A DNA stretch of 64,000 nucleotides, taken from positions 38,749-102,748 of the IMG/VR virus record IMGVR_UViG_3300044825_001003; one strand, 5' to 3'. A model generated the notes under the pieces. The model worked only from the letters and a program-made list of their open reading frames with translations, was not told where the DNA came from and did not search any database. Position numbers and translations under genes: made by a program. Source of the DNA: a virus. Positions within the stretch are counted from its first letter, which is position 1; each line of letters starts with the position of its first letter. Positions 45,747 through 55,758 of the stretch are shown here, in pieces.

Positions 45747-46985
45747 TCAACTCCTTATCGAATATTCAATCGTCGAGATAAGGCCGTCTTCCTTGTCCCA
45801 GACGAAGCCTTGCGCTCCGAGAACATTCCCCACATACCCATGAGCAGAGTGATAGTAGTCAGGCGGACATAGAGCTGGAATAATTCTAACCTTAACGCCC
45901 ATCTTTTCATAGACTCGCTCTTGGTGTAGATGCCCAAGGTGTACCTCTCTGATTCTTGATTGCGCCCATAGGTTAGGCTGCTCGACTGCCATCATCAACG
46001 GCTTGTCTTTATGGGCACCCTTGTCCCCGTGTTCAAACATGACAAGATTCTCGCCCCACTGCCAGTACTTCCGCTGCGTTGGCTCGTTGTAGACATCAAC
46101 CGACTCATCCTTCTGATAGGTAATTGAGACGCAATTACCTAGATGCCATACAGATAAGTCATCGTGGTTTCCGCTGACAAACACCACATCTACCGGACAC
46201 CACTGCTTCATCTTCTCGATCTGCTTAACTACCGTTTTAAGAGTAGTCATGAAGACTTTGTGGTAGCGAGAGTCATTAGATTGCGGCGTTCCCTTCGTTG
46301 TCGTACCTTCCCGATTGTCGGAGTTAAGTATATCATTTCCAACAACATAGACGATACGCTCCAGGTTATAGAAACACCGAGCCAGGATGGTATCAATTGC
46401 CGTATCGTACTCCCGGCAAGCAATACTAGTGTCGTAGTTTCCCCAGCCAGTCTCATCCGACCAAGCCAGCTTACCGAAGTGGGTATCGTAAACACTGACC
46501 TCAAGAGCTAGTCCGGTCTTAGTTGGGTCGTTCTTTCTCTTTGGGAATACGAGAGGCTTAGAAGAGAACTCGCGCCTGATCTCCTCTACTGCCTTCTTGA
46601 CGCCTTCGATATTAACCTGAGACAGCCGCTTGAAGGTAGCCTTTACCTGATAAAGAGGGGATGTCCGCAGTTCCCCGCTTTTATCCTTAGCCCCGACCTC
46701 CCAGGAGTTGCAGATAAACCGCTCCACTTCCCACTGGGAGGTATCGACTTTGAAGAACTCGATCAACTGATCGAGTGTATGGATTCGCGTCTGGTTGAGA
46801 GTCAGGTTCCACTTGTCGCCTACGTACTCATGGCTAACGCCAGAAGTATCAGGCTTGGAAACCTTTAATGAGTTCAAGATGCGACGAGCTTTCTTTTCTC
46901 CGCAATCCAGCAAAGCCGCCAGCTTGTAGCGGCCTATCGTCTCCACCGTATAACCGGCGTCGGTGATAATCTTCCGATAGTCCAT
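45747..46985 (-). CDS. Calcineurin-like metallophosphoesterase
   Basis: DTH, GND, GNHD, HGD, GHLH motifs. Confidence 0.88.
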   Translation of the reverse strand: MDYRKIITDAGYTVETIGRYKLAALLDCGEKKARRILNSLKVSKPDTSGVSHEYVGDKWNLTLNQTRIHTLDQLIEFFKVDTSQWEVERFICNSWEVGAKDKSGELRTSPLYQVKATFKRLSQVNIEGVKKAVEEIRREFSSKPLVFPKRKNDPTKTGLALEVSVYDTHFGKLAWSDETGWGNYDTSIACREYDTAIDTILARCFYNLERIVYVVGNDILNSDNREGTTTKGTPQSNDSRYHKVFMTTLKTVVKQIEKMKQWCPVDVVFVSGNHDDLSVWHLGNCVSITYQKDESVDVYNEPTQRKYWQWGENLVMFEHGDKGAHKDKPLMMAVEQPNLWAQSRIREVHLGHLHQERVYEKMGVKVRIIPALCPPDYYHSAHGYVGNVLGAQGFVWDKEDGLISTIEYSIRS

Positions 46986-47004
46986 GTTCTATCTATTCTA
47001 CACG

Positions 47005-48108
47005 TTATAGGTACGAACTCATAATCTCGTGCAGCTTGTCGGTGGTCTCTCCCCAGGTGAACTTCGCCCCGAACTCAGAGATGGCCTTGCGCCTACGGCG
47101 AAGGTCATCCCGCTGCCGGTATGCTTGTTCCAATTTTGAGACAATCTCATCCAGGCAGGGTTCATGCCACTCTCCTAGGAATTGCTCCCCTTGAGTGAAG
47201 ATCCTTGGCTTGCCGCAATTCAATAGCAGGTCTTCGCATGGATAATCCAAGTCCCGAGTAATGTCAGTATGCCCTGTTGCGTCAGTTACGATACAAGGAA
47301 CGCCGCAAGCCAGTGCTTCCATTAGACACAGGTTTGTTCCAGCCTCGCAGCGATTAGGGAATAGAATTACATCACAGGCCCGATACGAAGTATCCTCCCA
47401 ATTGCCATGCACATTCAAGGAATTCTTAATCCCCTTATCCTCAAGCATGGCGGCATAAAGACCACGCTGATTCTGAGAATAGAACTGATCCTCCAGGGAG
47501 TAGTGCATCCTGATAGCAGTGTGCTTATTCCAAGCGAACTTGCGGATTAGATCTGGCCAAGGGTTATTCCAGTTGTATACCAGATTAACATCTGGGTGCA
47601 TCTTTTGGAATATAGCAAAGGCTGCTATGACCAGATCCTGAGACTTGCGGAACTCGAACTTCCCGAAAGACCCGACAACAAAATCTTCCGATAAAGTTTC
47701 TTTGTAGTAGAACTCGGCTGGATTCACCCCTTGGATTACCACCGAGGTGTCAATCTTCACCATGTCTTTCAACCACTCCCGCATCCAGGTACTGCCGCAA
47801 GCGATATGATCCCACAGGCGGTCGCCATAGTAAGCTAGGTTCTTGGCGTAGATATTATTCTCGATAAACCCGTAGCCAATATTCTTTACGCCGAGTTCGG
47901 ATGTAGTGTACTGGAACCGATGATCGGAGACAGGAGACAGGACTACATTGGCTACCGTAACCATCTCCATCCCCATCTCGGCTTCCTTGACATCTACCCC
48001 TTTATGCTGCATCCGCCAAGAGATCTCATTACCGCAGCGCCCCCATCCAGTAGGGGCGCTCTTTGGCATTCGACAAGCAAGGCTAGTCATTGTCTTTAAC
48101 CTCTCCAT
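47005..48108 (-). CDS. GT-B glycosyltransferase (GT4-like)
   Basis: GKFEFRKSQD, FPNRCEAGTNLCLMEALACGVPCI, FTW. Confidence 0.88.
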   Translation of the reverse strand: MERLKTMTSLACRMPKSAPTGWGRCGNEISWRMQHKGVDVKEAEMGMEMVTVANVVLSPVSDHRFQYTTSELGVKNIGYGFIENNIYAKNLAYYGDRLWDHIACGSTWMREWLKDMVKIDTSVVIQGVNPAEFYYKETLSEDFVVGSFGKFEFRKSQDLVIAAFAIFQKMHPDVNLVYNWNNPWPDLIRKFAWNKHTAIRMHYSLEDQFYSQNQRGLYAAMLEDKGIKNSLNVHGNWEDTSYRACDVILFPNRCEAGTNLCLMEALACGVPCIVTDATGHTDITRDLDYPCEDLLLNCGKPRIFTQGEQFLGEWHEPCLDEIVSKLEQAYRQRDDLRRRRKAISEFGAKFTWGETTDKLHEIMSSYL

Positions 48109-48412
48109 TCCGAACTCTCGGTTCGTTTACGATCTCTACCTGGAAGAAGGACTCAGCCGCTCTCATGGCATACGTCTTTGAAATAAACCCTCCTCGCACT
48201 TCGAAACTGTAATCCTGAAAGTACCATAGGCCATATCTACTGACCAAGTAGACGCTGGTTATTACGGCTCCAGTATTAAAGTTCGCAAGGTTATTACCGC
48301 GCCAAAATGCTTTTGGGCGTTCTTTGCTTTTAATAGATCGTACTGACCATACCAATACAATCATCGCCATGATAGCGGCTAAAGCTAAAACCGCAGCAAC
48401 GCTACTAGACAT
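48083..48412 (-). CDS. Membrane-anchored hypothetical protein
   Basis: N-terminal TM helix. Confidence 0.6.
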   Translation of the reverse strand: MSSSVAAVLALAAIMAMIVLVWSVRSIKSKERPKAFWRGNNLANFNTGAVITSVYLVSRYGLWYFQDYSFEVRGGFISKTYAMRAAESFFQVEIVNEPRVRNGEVKDND

Positions 48413-49760
48413 TCTTCAGTTCTCCCTTGACGTACTCAACTACATCACTCCACTGTCCGCACTTTGATTGTCGAGCAAGGGCGTGGTTGTCTCCGTAGAA
48501 ATCAGACTGGCCCTTAATCGTATTGAAGTCACCCCAGCGCCAGTCCGCGTTCGTCGGCAGCATGGTGATGCAGTTCGTTCCCAGCGCCCCAGCCATGTGA
48601 GACATAGCCGTATCCACCGTGACGACAGCTTTTAGGTTAGACACCACGGCAGCCAGAGACACTAGACCTTTCTTATCCCAAGCGTCAACCCCATGGTCCA
48701 TAAGAACGTCTTTTTCGGTATCCGTCAGATCATGCTGGATCGAGATCACGTTTGGCATTTCAAGGATCGGAGTCAAGTCGTTAATATTCATTGACCGGAA
48801 TCTGTCATTGTTGTGCGCAGGATTACCGCGCCAACAAACGCCAATCATCCCCTTTGACCAGTATGCCAAGTCTTTAATCTGCTGCTCAACTTGTATGTAT
48901 CCGCTATTCTTTACCGGACCATTGACTGTATCGAGCAAGTCAAACATCCAACAGAACTCCCCTCCTTCCAGTTCGATATTGCGTTGACTCGCCTTAGTTG
49001 CGGTAATCATATCACCATAAGAAGACATGATATCGTCAATAAAGGTATCGTGCCTGCCATCTAGCGATATCACTCTAACCGGAGTTCCATAATCAGTTAC
49101 CAGTCGCAGAATATACGGGATCATCATGATGCAGTCTCCCAGGCCCTGTTCGAGAATGACGTTCAATTGGTATGAACTAGTGATATCCCGATAGTTAGAT
49201 ACAAATTCAAGAGACTGAGGAATGTAGCGCTCATACATTACCTTACGAGCACCATACAATTCAACACCCTTCTTCCATTTGCTTCTGCCAGCCATGAGCC
49301 TCATACCCATGAGAGCCTTAGCCTCGGGAGAATCGCCAGCCTTAGCAAGATAATCATCAGCCTGCTTAAATCGTTTAAGTAGGTGCGCTGCGGCATGAGC
49401 GCGAAGACAAAGCTGCTCGGACTTCTCTTCTTTGAAATTAACAAACCACTCCCTGCATCTTCGCAGCGCCTCTTCCGGTTTGCCTTGCATCATCAGCGAC
49501 TGAGAGAAATTGCAGTAGTACTGCTCAGTTGGGCGCTCGTTAATGGCAGATAAGAAGTATCCATTCGCCATTAAGTAATCACGCGACTTCATGTGGACAG
49601 CGCCGATAGTGTTAAACACTACATCTTTATCTACGCCTCCATCATTATTTTCTTCAATCTCATAGAGCATCCGCAGCGCCCTGTCGTACTCTCCGCGCTC
49701 AATCCACGTTACGGCGGAAAGGTATAGATCAGAAGTCATTACTGACTGTGAGTTTTCCAT
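48405..49760 (-). CDS. TPR + GT9-like glycosyltransferase
   Basis: TPR-like N-terminus; EQGLGD, IGVCWRGNP.H.ND..RS, VTVDTAMSHMAGALG, DWRW. Confidence 0.88.
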   Translation of the reverse strand: MENSQSVMTSDLYLSAVTWIERGEYDRALRMLYEIEENNDGGVDKDVVFNTIGAVHMKSRDYLMANGYFLSAINERPTEQYYCNFSQSLMMQGKPEEALRRCREWFVNFKEEKSEQLCLRAHAAAHLLKRFKQADDYLAKAGDSPEAKALMGMRLMAGRSKWKKGVELYGARKVMYERYIPQSLEFVSNYRDITSSYQLNVILEQGLGDCIMMIPYILRLVTDYGTPVRVISLDGRHDTFIDDIMSSYGDMITATKASQRNIELEGGEFCWMFDLLDTVNGPVKNSGYIQVEQQIKDLAYWSKGMIGVCWRGNPAHNNDRFRSMNINDLTPILEMPNVISIQHDLTDTEKDVLMDHGVDAWDKKGLVSLAAVVSNLKAVVTVDTAMSHMAGALGTNCITMLPTNADWRWGDFNTIKGQSDFYGDNHALARQSKCGQWSDVVEYVKGELKNV

Positions 49761-50151
49761 TCGGGTAGATCCTTATTCGGAACTTCTTTTCGGTTGATTC
49801 GGTTACAGGATGTAGATAGACCGGAGCATTAAAACACCGGACGTTATCATCCTTCAATACCCTAGCTTTAACTAGGTAGTCAAGCACGGTTGTCCATGCG
49901 CCATCTCGGTCCATGGCCCAGGATTTCTTTGGAAGGTAAGCCTTGAACTCGACAGCGGGATGAACGAGTTCAAGGCCAAAGTATTCAGAAGGTATTTGAA
50001 GGAGAGCGTCGTTCTCTGCGTCAACTACCTTCTTCGGCTTAAACCTCCGGCCACCGCGACCGGAGGCGTAGGCATTCTTCTTAGATATCACATCAGCAAT
50101 GATAGTAATATCTAAAGGCGCATCGTTTTCATGTAGTGGCATTGGGCACAC
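49729..50151 (-). CDS. RusA-like Holliday junction resolvase
   Basis: SKKN...D.DG..TTVLDYL...DDN pattern; the usual catalytic Lys is not obvious. Confidence 0.6.
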   Translation of the reverse strand: MCPMPLHENDAPLDITIIADVISKKNAYASGRGGRRFKPKKVVDAENDALLQIPSEYFGLELVHPAVEFKAYLPKKSWAMDRDGAWTTVLDYLVKARVLKDDNVRCFNAPVYLHPVTESTEKKFRIRIYPNGKLTVSNDF

Positions 50152-50459
50152 AGAGTCTGAAGGTTATCCATATCATGAGTGCCGCCAGAACTACGGTTAA
50201 CGATATGGTCACACTGTAACTGAAGGACGCTAGAACAAGAACGGCAGCGCCACATGTCACGCTCGAACACCTGACGCTTCCGCATCTCCCAGAAAAGCCG
50301 GTGCAGCTTATCGAACACCAGGGATTCCTTCTTGCCTTTCTCGACAAAGACAGGAGCATCCCCTTCGTTCTCGGCCAGTCCGAAAGATTCCCGGCTGAGC
50401 TTTACAACTTTCCAGCCTGTTACTTTTTCAAGAGATGACTTATTCATACGACTGAGCAA
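50112..50459 (-). CDS. HNH endonuclease
   Basis: RD..RCRSC..DHIVNRSSGG..DNLQTLCAQCH. Confidence 0.9.
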   Translation of the reverse strand: MLSRMNKSSLEKVTGWKVVKLSRESFGLAENEGDAPVFVEKGKKESLVFDKLHRLFWEMRKRQVFERDMWRCRSCSSVLQLQCDHIVNRSSGGTHDMDNLQTLCAQCHYMKTMRL

Positions 50460-51240
50460 CAGCGACCCATGTAGCAGCGCACTCGCTAATCATAGCATCC
50501 ATGATCGCACTTTCGGAAGTAGACCCAACATAGGAGTGAACGCGAGGATCTTCGATAAACGCCTTCCACTTATTCACAACCTGCTCGTTTGTTCGGACCA
50601 CTACCTTGGATGGCATGATAACGTCTTTATCTACTAGCCCCATGTCGTGCATACGATAGATCAGATCTTCGTACGTCCCGCTCTTGGCTGACTCGACAAG
50701 CTGATTTCGAACTTCCATCTGCTTGTCCGAGATAATGCCGTTATTGAATGGCATAGCCCGAGCGATGGCCTTTAGCTTGGCGATAGTCAGACCGTCAAAC
50801 GTATTGACCGTAATATTCGGGAACTCCCTGGCAATACGAAGGCAAGCATAACCGTCGTTGCGGTTAACATGGAACACCTTCGGAACTACCGAGTCCATGA
50901 ACTCAGTAAAGTTCTTGCAGCCAAGCAAGTCTAGTACATCCTTGCGATACTGAAGGACAGCGAACAACCGACCAAGGATAGGGATTAGCTTCCGCTGCGC
51001 TCGGCCAACCCGACTGAACACCTTCGTGCAAGCGACGATATGATTAGCCAGATCGTCGGCCTTGATATTATCAGGAATCAGTACGTCAATCTGATCGTTC
51101 TGATTGTTAAAGACAGCGGAGATAATATCCTTCTCTGTCTCAGTGATGTCATCGCCAAGGAAAAGGGAGGTTAGCTCCTTTTCCGATTCAACCGAAACCG
51201 GCTGCTGTGCCGGTCTGCGAAGAACTTGGAATTCGCTCAT
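50440..51240 (-). CDS. Hypothetical protein (possibly DNA-binding)
   Basis: GAGGAG RBS; 266 aa. Confidence 0.7.
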   Translation of the reverse strand: MSEFQVLRRPAQQPVSVESEKELTSLFLGDDITETEKDIISAVFNNQNDQIDVLIPDNIKADDLANHIVACTKVFSRVGRAQRKLIPILGRLFAVLQYRKDVLDLLGCKNFTEFMDSVVPKVFHVNRNDGYACLRIAREFPNITVNTFDGLTIAKLKAIARAMPFNNGIISDKQMEVRNQLVESAKSGTYEDLIYRMHDMGLVDKDVIMPSKVVVRTNEQVVNKWKAFIEDPRVHSYVGSTSESAIMDAMISECAATWVAVAQSYE

Positions 51241-51248
51241 TGTCTCCT

Positions 51249-51524
51249 CTAGGAAAGGACGATAGAAGGCTTGTCAAACAGAACGGGAGTCGGAATCTCC
51301 TGGCCCTTAGGCACAAACTCCATTGACTGTAGACAGGTTACGATTGTCCCAAGCGGTAGTTCAGAGAGAGACTCCATCTCGATATCCATCTTGGGAAATA
51401 CTTTCTCGGCAAACTGCTGTGCTCGGACTACCGCATCGTCTTTGTCGTAAGCGGAAATATACAGGGAGTCAAGGTCTTTCTTTTCCCCTGGCTTACCGAT
51501 CAGGAAGTTAATTCTGAAAAGCAT
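51249..51524 (-). CDS. Hypothetical protein
   Basis: AAGGAG RBS. Confidence 0.7.
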   Translation of the reverse strand: MLFRINFLIGKPGEKKDLDSLYISAYDKDDAVVRAQQFAEKVFPKMDIEMESLSELPLGTIVTCLQSMEFVPKGQEIPTPVLFDKPSIVLS

Positions 51525-51550
51525 TCTTCTCCTTTTGATAACCCAGTATA

Positions 51551-52924
51551 CTACACCTTCTCCAGAAACTTATAGTAAGCTCCCTTGAAGTCCACTGGAA
51601 TAATACCTGTCTTGCCTTGGCGATTCTTGGCTACGATCAATTCGTCATGAGGCGGCGGCTGACCAGCTTTCTTCCAATAAAGACTTGGACGGTGCGGAAA
51701 GATAATCAAGTCGGCATCAGCTTCAATATCACCAGACTCTCTCAAGTCGCTCATCTGTGGGCGATTATCCCCTCCCGGTCTATTCTCCGCTGCACGGCTA
51801 ACCTGAGCAGCGACGATCATGCGAGTGTTGAATTCCATGGCGATATCCTTCAAGCTTCGGGAGATCTCAGACACTTCCTGAAAGCGATTGCCAGACTTGT
51901 TCGGGCACTTCATTCTTTGCAGGTAGTCAATCACTACCATATCCGGATTGCCGTGCTTGGCTTTGAATCGAGCAAGCTCAGCCCTTAGTGCAAGCGGGGT
52001 CTTGCCACCAGTGTCAGAGATCCGCAAGTTCCGAGGGGCTGAATGCTTAACGAATTCAATAACGCTTTCTTTCTCTTGCTGAGTCAGGCTATTGTGCAAG
52101 AAGTCTCCGCCCATGATGCCTACCTGCTGGCAAAAGATTCGAGTCCACATATCCTGAGCGTACATCTCGTGGCTGTAGAACAGAACAGACCTGCCGTTGT
52201 TGGCTGCTTCAAATGCGATCTGACACAGAAGCGCTGACTTTCCAACCGAGGGTCTTGCGCCAATGATTACCAGTTTCCCCGGCTCGAAGCCGTAGACAAA
52301 TTCATTAAGGGTTGTGAATGGGGTCAAGATTCCATCTCTCTTTGTCTCAATGAAATCACGAACACCGTTAGGATTAGATTCCACGATATCGTCGATTGTC
52401 TTAAGAGTGTTTGCTTTAATTGAATCAGTAGCTACGCCGCGAATAAACTCTTCGGCATGGCCAATCAGTTCGGCAGTGTCAGCCCCCTCGGTAATGTTTG
52501 CATCAATTCGCCTAGCGAACCCGAGGATCTTTCTTACGATATAAAGATCGTGCAGTAGATGACAGGCTGCCTCAACGTCAATGTCTTCACCTGATCCAAG
52601 GACATCACGCATCCCCGCTTCATAGTCTTCAGGATCAACCTCGAACTCCACGCTCCGCTTCGCTACAGCGAGAGCAATAGACGGGTCAGGGTATCGACCC
52701 TGTTCATTTGAACTGGCGATGTACTTATAGAAAACCTTATGCCGTACATCGGAGAAATCATCGACTGTTAGATTTGCAGTAATCACCTGTAGGTTTATCG
52801 GCTTCCGGAAGCAGTGGTAAAGAACCTGCCGTTCAACGTCCAAGTTCTTAGTCCTAAAGCTTCCATCTCCAAGAGATTCCGCGATTGCGGCAGCTACGTT
52901 CTGTTTGATTTTCTTACCTGCCAT
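51551..52924 (-). CDS. dnaB: DnaB-like replicative helicase
   Basis: GARPSVGKS, SHEM, VIDYLQ, ISRSLK, AQVSR, DLRESGDIEADAD, AKNRQG. Confidence 0.95.
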   Translation of the reverse strand: MAGKKIKQNVAAAIAESLGDGSFRTKNLDVERQVLYHCFRKPINLQVITANLTVDDFSDVRHKVFYKYIASSNEQGRYPDPSIALAVAKRSVEFEVDPEDYEAGMRDVLGSGEDIDVEAACHLLHDLYIVRKILGFARRIDANITEGADTAELIGHAEEFIRGVATDSIKANTLKTIDDIVESNPNGVRDFIETKRDGILTPFTTLNEFVYGFEPGKLVIIGARPSVGKSALLCQIAFEAANNGRSVLFYSHEMYAQDMWTRIFCQQVGIMGGDFLHNSLTQQEKESVIEFVKHSAPRNLRISDTGGKTPLALRAELARFKAKHGNPDMVVIDYLQRMKCPNKSGNRFQEVSEISRSLKDIAMEFNTRMIVAAQVSRAAENRPGGDNRPQMSDLRESGDIEADADLIIFPHRPSLYWKKAGQPPPHDELIVAKNRQGKTGIIPVDFKGAYYKFLEKV

Positions 52925-53570
52925 TGATTAACCTCATAAAATCAACACCACCTCGTTTGGTAACAAATTCATCCGGGTCCATTCCGTCAGGAAGAGTAGT
53001 AACCCTAATGGGGAACCGCTCCTCAGATAATCCTTCAACCGCTCTAGCTGCTGCCTTGGCACCAGCCGAGTCGCCGTCATAACAGATCGACACCCAATCA
53101 GCGCACCGCTTTAACAGGCGAAGCTGATGTCTGGTCATCGCTGTACCGCAAGTAGAGACTACGTTCCTGATTCCGTATTCCCACAAGACCGCAACATCGA
53201 AATACCCCTCGACCACAATCGCATATCCAGCTTCGAGGATATGGTCTTGAGCCTTGTCGAAGTTGTACAAAACCCTAGACTTGGAATACAGATTGCTCTC
53301 CGGTGAGTTGATGTATTTCTCAGGACTTCCGCTCATCGTCCTTCCGCCGAAAGCGATTAAGTCGCAGGCTGAATTAAAGATTGGGAACATCACCCTGTCA
53401 CTAAACCGATACATCGAACTGTCGCTAATCCTCCCGCAGTATCCGATCTCAAGATCTTCAATCGTCTCCTCCGATAGACCCCTGCCGAACAGGTACTGCT
53501 GAGCCACTTGATTGGACCGAAGACTTTCCTTAAACAGATTAAGGTACTGGATTAGCATTGTCTGGCTCAT
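52914..53570 (-). CDS. DnaG primase catalytic core (TOPRIM) lacking the zinc-binding domain
   Basis: RVMFPI, FGGR, KYINSPE, VEGYFD, GTA, YDGDSAG, DPDE. Confidence 0.92.
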   Translation of the reverse strand: MSQTMLIQYLNLFKESLRSNQVAQQYLFGRGLSEETIEDLEIGYCGRISDSSMYRFSDRVMFPIFNSACDLIAFGGRTMSGSPEKYINSPESNLYSKSRVLYNFDKAQDHILEAGYAIVVEGYFDVAVLWEYGIRNVVSTCGTAMTRHQLRLLKRCADWVSICYDGDSAGAKAAARAVEGLSEERFPIRVTTLPDGMDPDEFVTKRGGVDFMRLINGR

Positions 53571-53760
53571 TGACTTCGACCACTCTTTCGATTGTATCGA
53601 AGTCGAATATTCTCACCCACTTTCTAAGATCGAAGAAGTAGCTGCTTGTCCCGTCCGGGTAGTCGTGCAGTACGTACTGGCAGAGCCTCCACTTCTGCCC
53701 AATCTTTATCCAGTAAACACTTCCTGGATTTATATCACGAAGCTTGACGTCTTTATACAT
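53539..53760 (-). CDS. Small hypothetical protein between the primase halves
   Basis: GAGGGG RBS; overlaps both neighbours. Confidence 0.6.
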   Translation of the reverse strand: MYKDVKLRDINPGSVYWIKIGQKWRLCQYVLHDYPDGTSSYFFDLRKWVRIFDFDTIERVVEVNEPDNANPVP

Positions 53761-54394
53761 CGAAGTCCCCTCTTTCCTCCTTTGCTATCGCCATCCGTTT
53801 CCCAGAAAGAAACCACGTTGGATTCATCAACCCAATCCAGGATCTCTGGGTCTTGTAATATTCCATGAGTTCCTTTTCCGGCATACTCTCCAAGTCATTG
53901 AGCGCTTTCTCTTTAGCTGTCGCCTCGGAATAGAAATCATCTCCTTCCTCGCCAGCTCTCCGAGCTTCCCTGTACCGCCGCCACATTGAGTTCGTGTAGT
54001 AGATCAGGTTGTCAGACAATTGCTTCTTCCACTTGCGGAAAGCCGCCACCTCAGCCGCCTTCCGCCTGGACATCTCCTCGTACATCCGTCGCTGCTCTGG
54101 CGTCATGTACTCGTCCTTGATTCCGGCTATCTGCTTACAATGCCTGATTGCTTCTTTGAAGTCAACCCCATTTATTTTCTGCAAGAAAGACAGTACATCA
54201 CCTGACTCTCCGCAGCCAAAGCACTTGTAGAAACCACGGTCATCGCTCACGCAAAACGATGCCGTCTTCTCTTGGTGAAATGGGCACAGTCCAATCCACC
54301 GAGTCTTCGAAGAACCACTCCGCTTTAGCTCGACGTAATCCTTCACTACGTCCGACAGGGTGATCGACTCTTTGATGTACTGCGTGTCTAGCAC
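53753..54394 (-). CDS. Stand-alone CHC2 primase zinc-binding domain protein
   Basis: LCPFHQEKTASF..YKCFGCGESGD..FKEA; likely GTG start at 54394 after GGAGGA. Confidence 0.88.
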   Translation of the reverse strand: MLDTQYIKESITLSDVVKDYVELKRSGSSKTRWIGLCPFHQEKTASFCVSDDRGFYKCFGCGESGDVLSFLQKINGVDFKEAIRHCKQIAGIKDEYMTPEQRRMYEEMSRRKAAEVAAFRKWKKQLSDNLIYYTNSMWRRYREARRAGEEGDDFYSEATAKEKALNDLESMPEKELMEYYKTQRSWIGLMNPTWFLSGKRMAIAKEERGDFDV

Positions 54395-55758
54395 AGCGGT
54401 GTCGTTCCTCCGGTCGGCTCGTATGGACCACGCACTTCTTTCCATTTCGCGGAGGCAATCCGATACCAATGCTCGATCCGCTCTGGGGTTATCGCATCGA
54501 GGGAGATGGACTCTTTCTTGAATTCTTCAAGCTCATTCGGGGAGATTTGCTTTAGCATGTTCATCACCACGTCAGCCCTGCGAACTTTCTTCCGCAAGAA
54601 ATCCCTACCTGGGGAGTCAGAAACCGGATGCTGGCTAGCTGCTTGAATCTCTGGCATTTGAGCGTATTCGGCCCGTGGCGCGACTTTTTCTTCTTTTGCC
54701 ACCCCTTGATACCCCCAGGTATCTCCGCTTGCGATTTTCACGTATTTTTCGATCTGAGAAATGATCCCCCGCAGAGGCAATCCCCTTCCCAGCCAGTAGG
54801 AGTCTTGCTTGAATTCCTCCAAGGCCGCAAGACAGGAGTCCAGTCCGTAGGTGTCGATGACTCTTTCCAGGGCGTCCCCGAAGTTTTTGTAGAGAGTGGT
54901 AATGCTTCCGTTGTATTCTTTCCCTCTTAGCTTTTTCGGAATCCTGTCGTAAGCCTTGAGGAAAGTCCGCACGTCTTCGTTCATATTCTTTTCTTCTTCC
55001 TCGTTCTGAATTGTTTCTGTTTTCAGGGAAGGTTTTGAGTTCTCTTCTTTTTCCCTGTTTGCCAATAGGGTCGGTGATTTAGATGTTTCTGTCAACTCCA
55101 ACATTTCGGCAGTACGAAGATCTTCTTCTTCTCGTCTCCTAATTGAGTTTTCTTTTTCATTTAAGAGTTCTCTGCCTATAGGAGTATTGATGAAATTTCC
55201 CTTTACTCTTTCTTTATTACTCTCGTTACTCTTTATGTCACCTCTGCTGGAGGTGAGGGTCACCTCTGCTGGAGGTGAGGTATGCTCTGTTAGAGGTGAG
55301 GTATACCCCACTGGAGGTGAGGTGTGGCTTGGTTCTTTGTCGTCCTTGAGACAAAACAGGCTCGGGGTATACTCTGCTGGAGTAGAGGGTGCGTCATCTT
55401 GGCAATCTTCGGTCGCCTCGTCTTCTTTCTGTCGCATGGCCCTTGCTTTACTGGCCAAGAGTTCTAGGGTGCTATAGTTAACCCGGAACGACTGATTGTT
55501 ATTAGCTCCCAGATTTGTCTCGATCAACTGCAACTTCTTTAGCTGGCTGATTTTCTTGGAGACTGTCTTCTTGGCTATGATCCCATAGGAAAATTTAGAG
55601 ATAGTTTGGGCGTTGGTGCTGACCCAGTTATTCCCACTTCCAGTTTTTAGTTTCGACAATCTTTCGACGACGGCGATGATAGCCGCCATCGCCACATCTC
55701 CAGTGGCGAGCATGTAGTCTTCGTAGATATTTATATATTGTTTTGGTATAATACTCAT
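54388..55758 (-). CDS. Replication initiator protein (N-terminal wHTH; origin within the gene)
   Basis: Upstream of primase and DnaB; wHTH-like N-terminus, low-complexity middle carrying iterons. Confidence 0.75.
   Translation of the reverse strand: MSIIPKQYINIYEDYMLATGDVAMAAIIAVVERLSKLKTGSGNNWVSTNAQTISKFSYGIIAKKTVSKKISQLKKLQLIETNLGANNNQSFRVNYSTLELLASKARAMRQKEDEATEDCQDDAPSTPAEYTPSLFCLKDDKEPSHTSPPVGYTSPLTEHTSPPAEVTLTSSRGDIKSNESNKERVKGNFINTPIGRELLNEKENSIRRREEEDLRTAEMLELTETSKSPTLLANREKEENSKPSLKTETIQNEEEEKNMNEDVRTFLKAYDRIPKKLRGKEYNGSITTLYKNFGDALERVIDTYGLDSCLAALEEFKQDSYWLGRGLPLRGIISQIEKYVKIASGDTWGYQGVAKEEKVAPRAEYAQMPEIQAASQHPVSDSPGRDFLRKKVRRADVVMNMLKQISPNELEEFKKESISLDAITPERIEHWYRIASAKWKEVRGPYEPTGGTTPLC
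55140..55320. repeat. Putative replication origin: four iterons plus AT-rich strand-skewed tract
   Basis: GAGGTGA at 55250, 55272, 55293, 55314; first two copies are TCACCTC-TGCTG-GAGGTGA dyads; T-rich tract at 55140-55237. Confidence 0.8.
55724..55752 (+). promoter_or_regulatory. Antisense sigma70-type promoter
   Basis: TAGATA-N17-TATAAT with TGn extended -10. Confidence 0.65.

Noticed and set aside
55238-55320. Regular repeats as a mini-CRISPR array
   Set aside because: No spacers, 21-22 bp period, inside a CDS, no cas genes; fits iterons.
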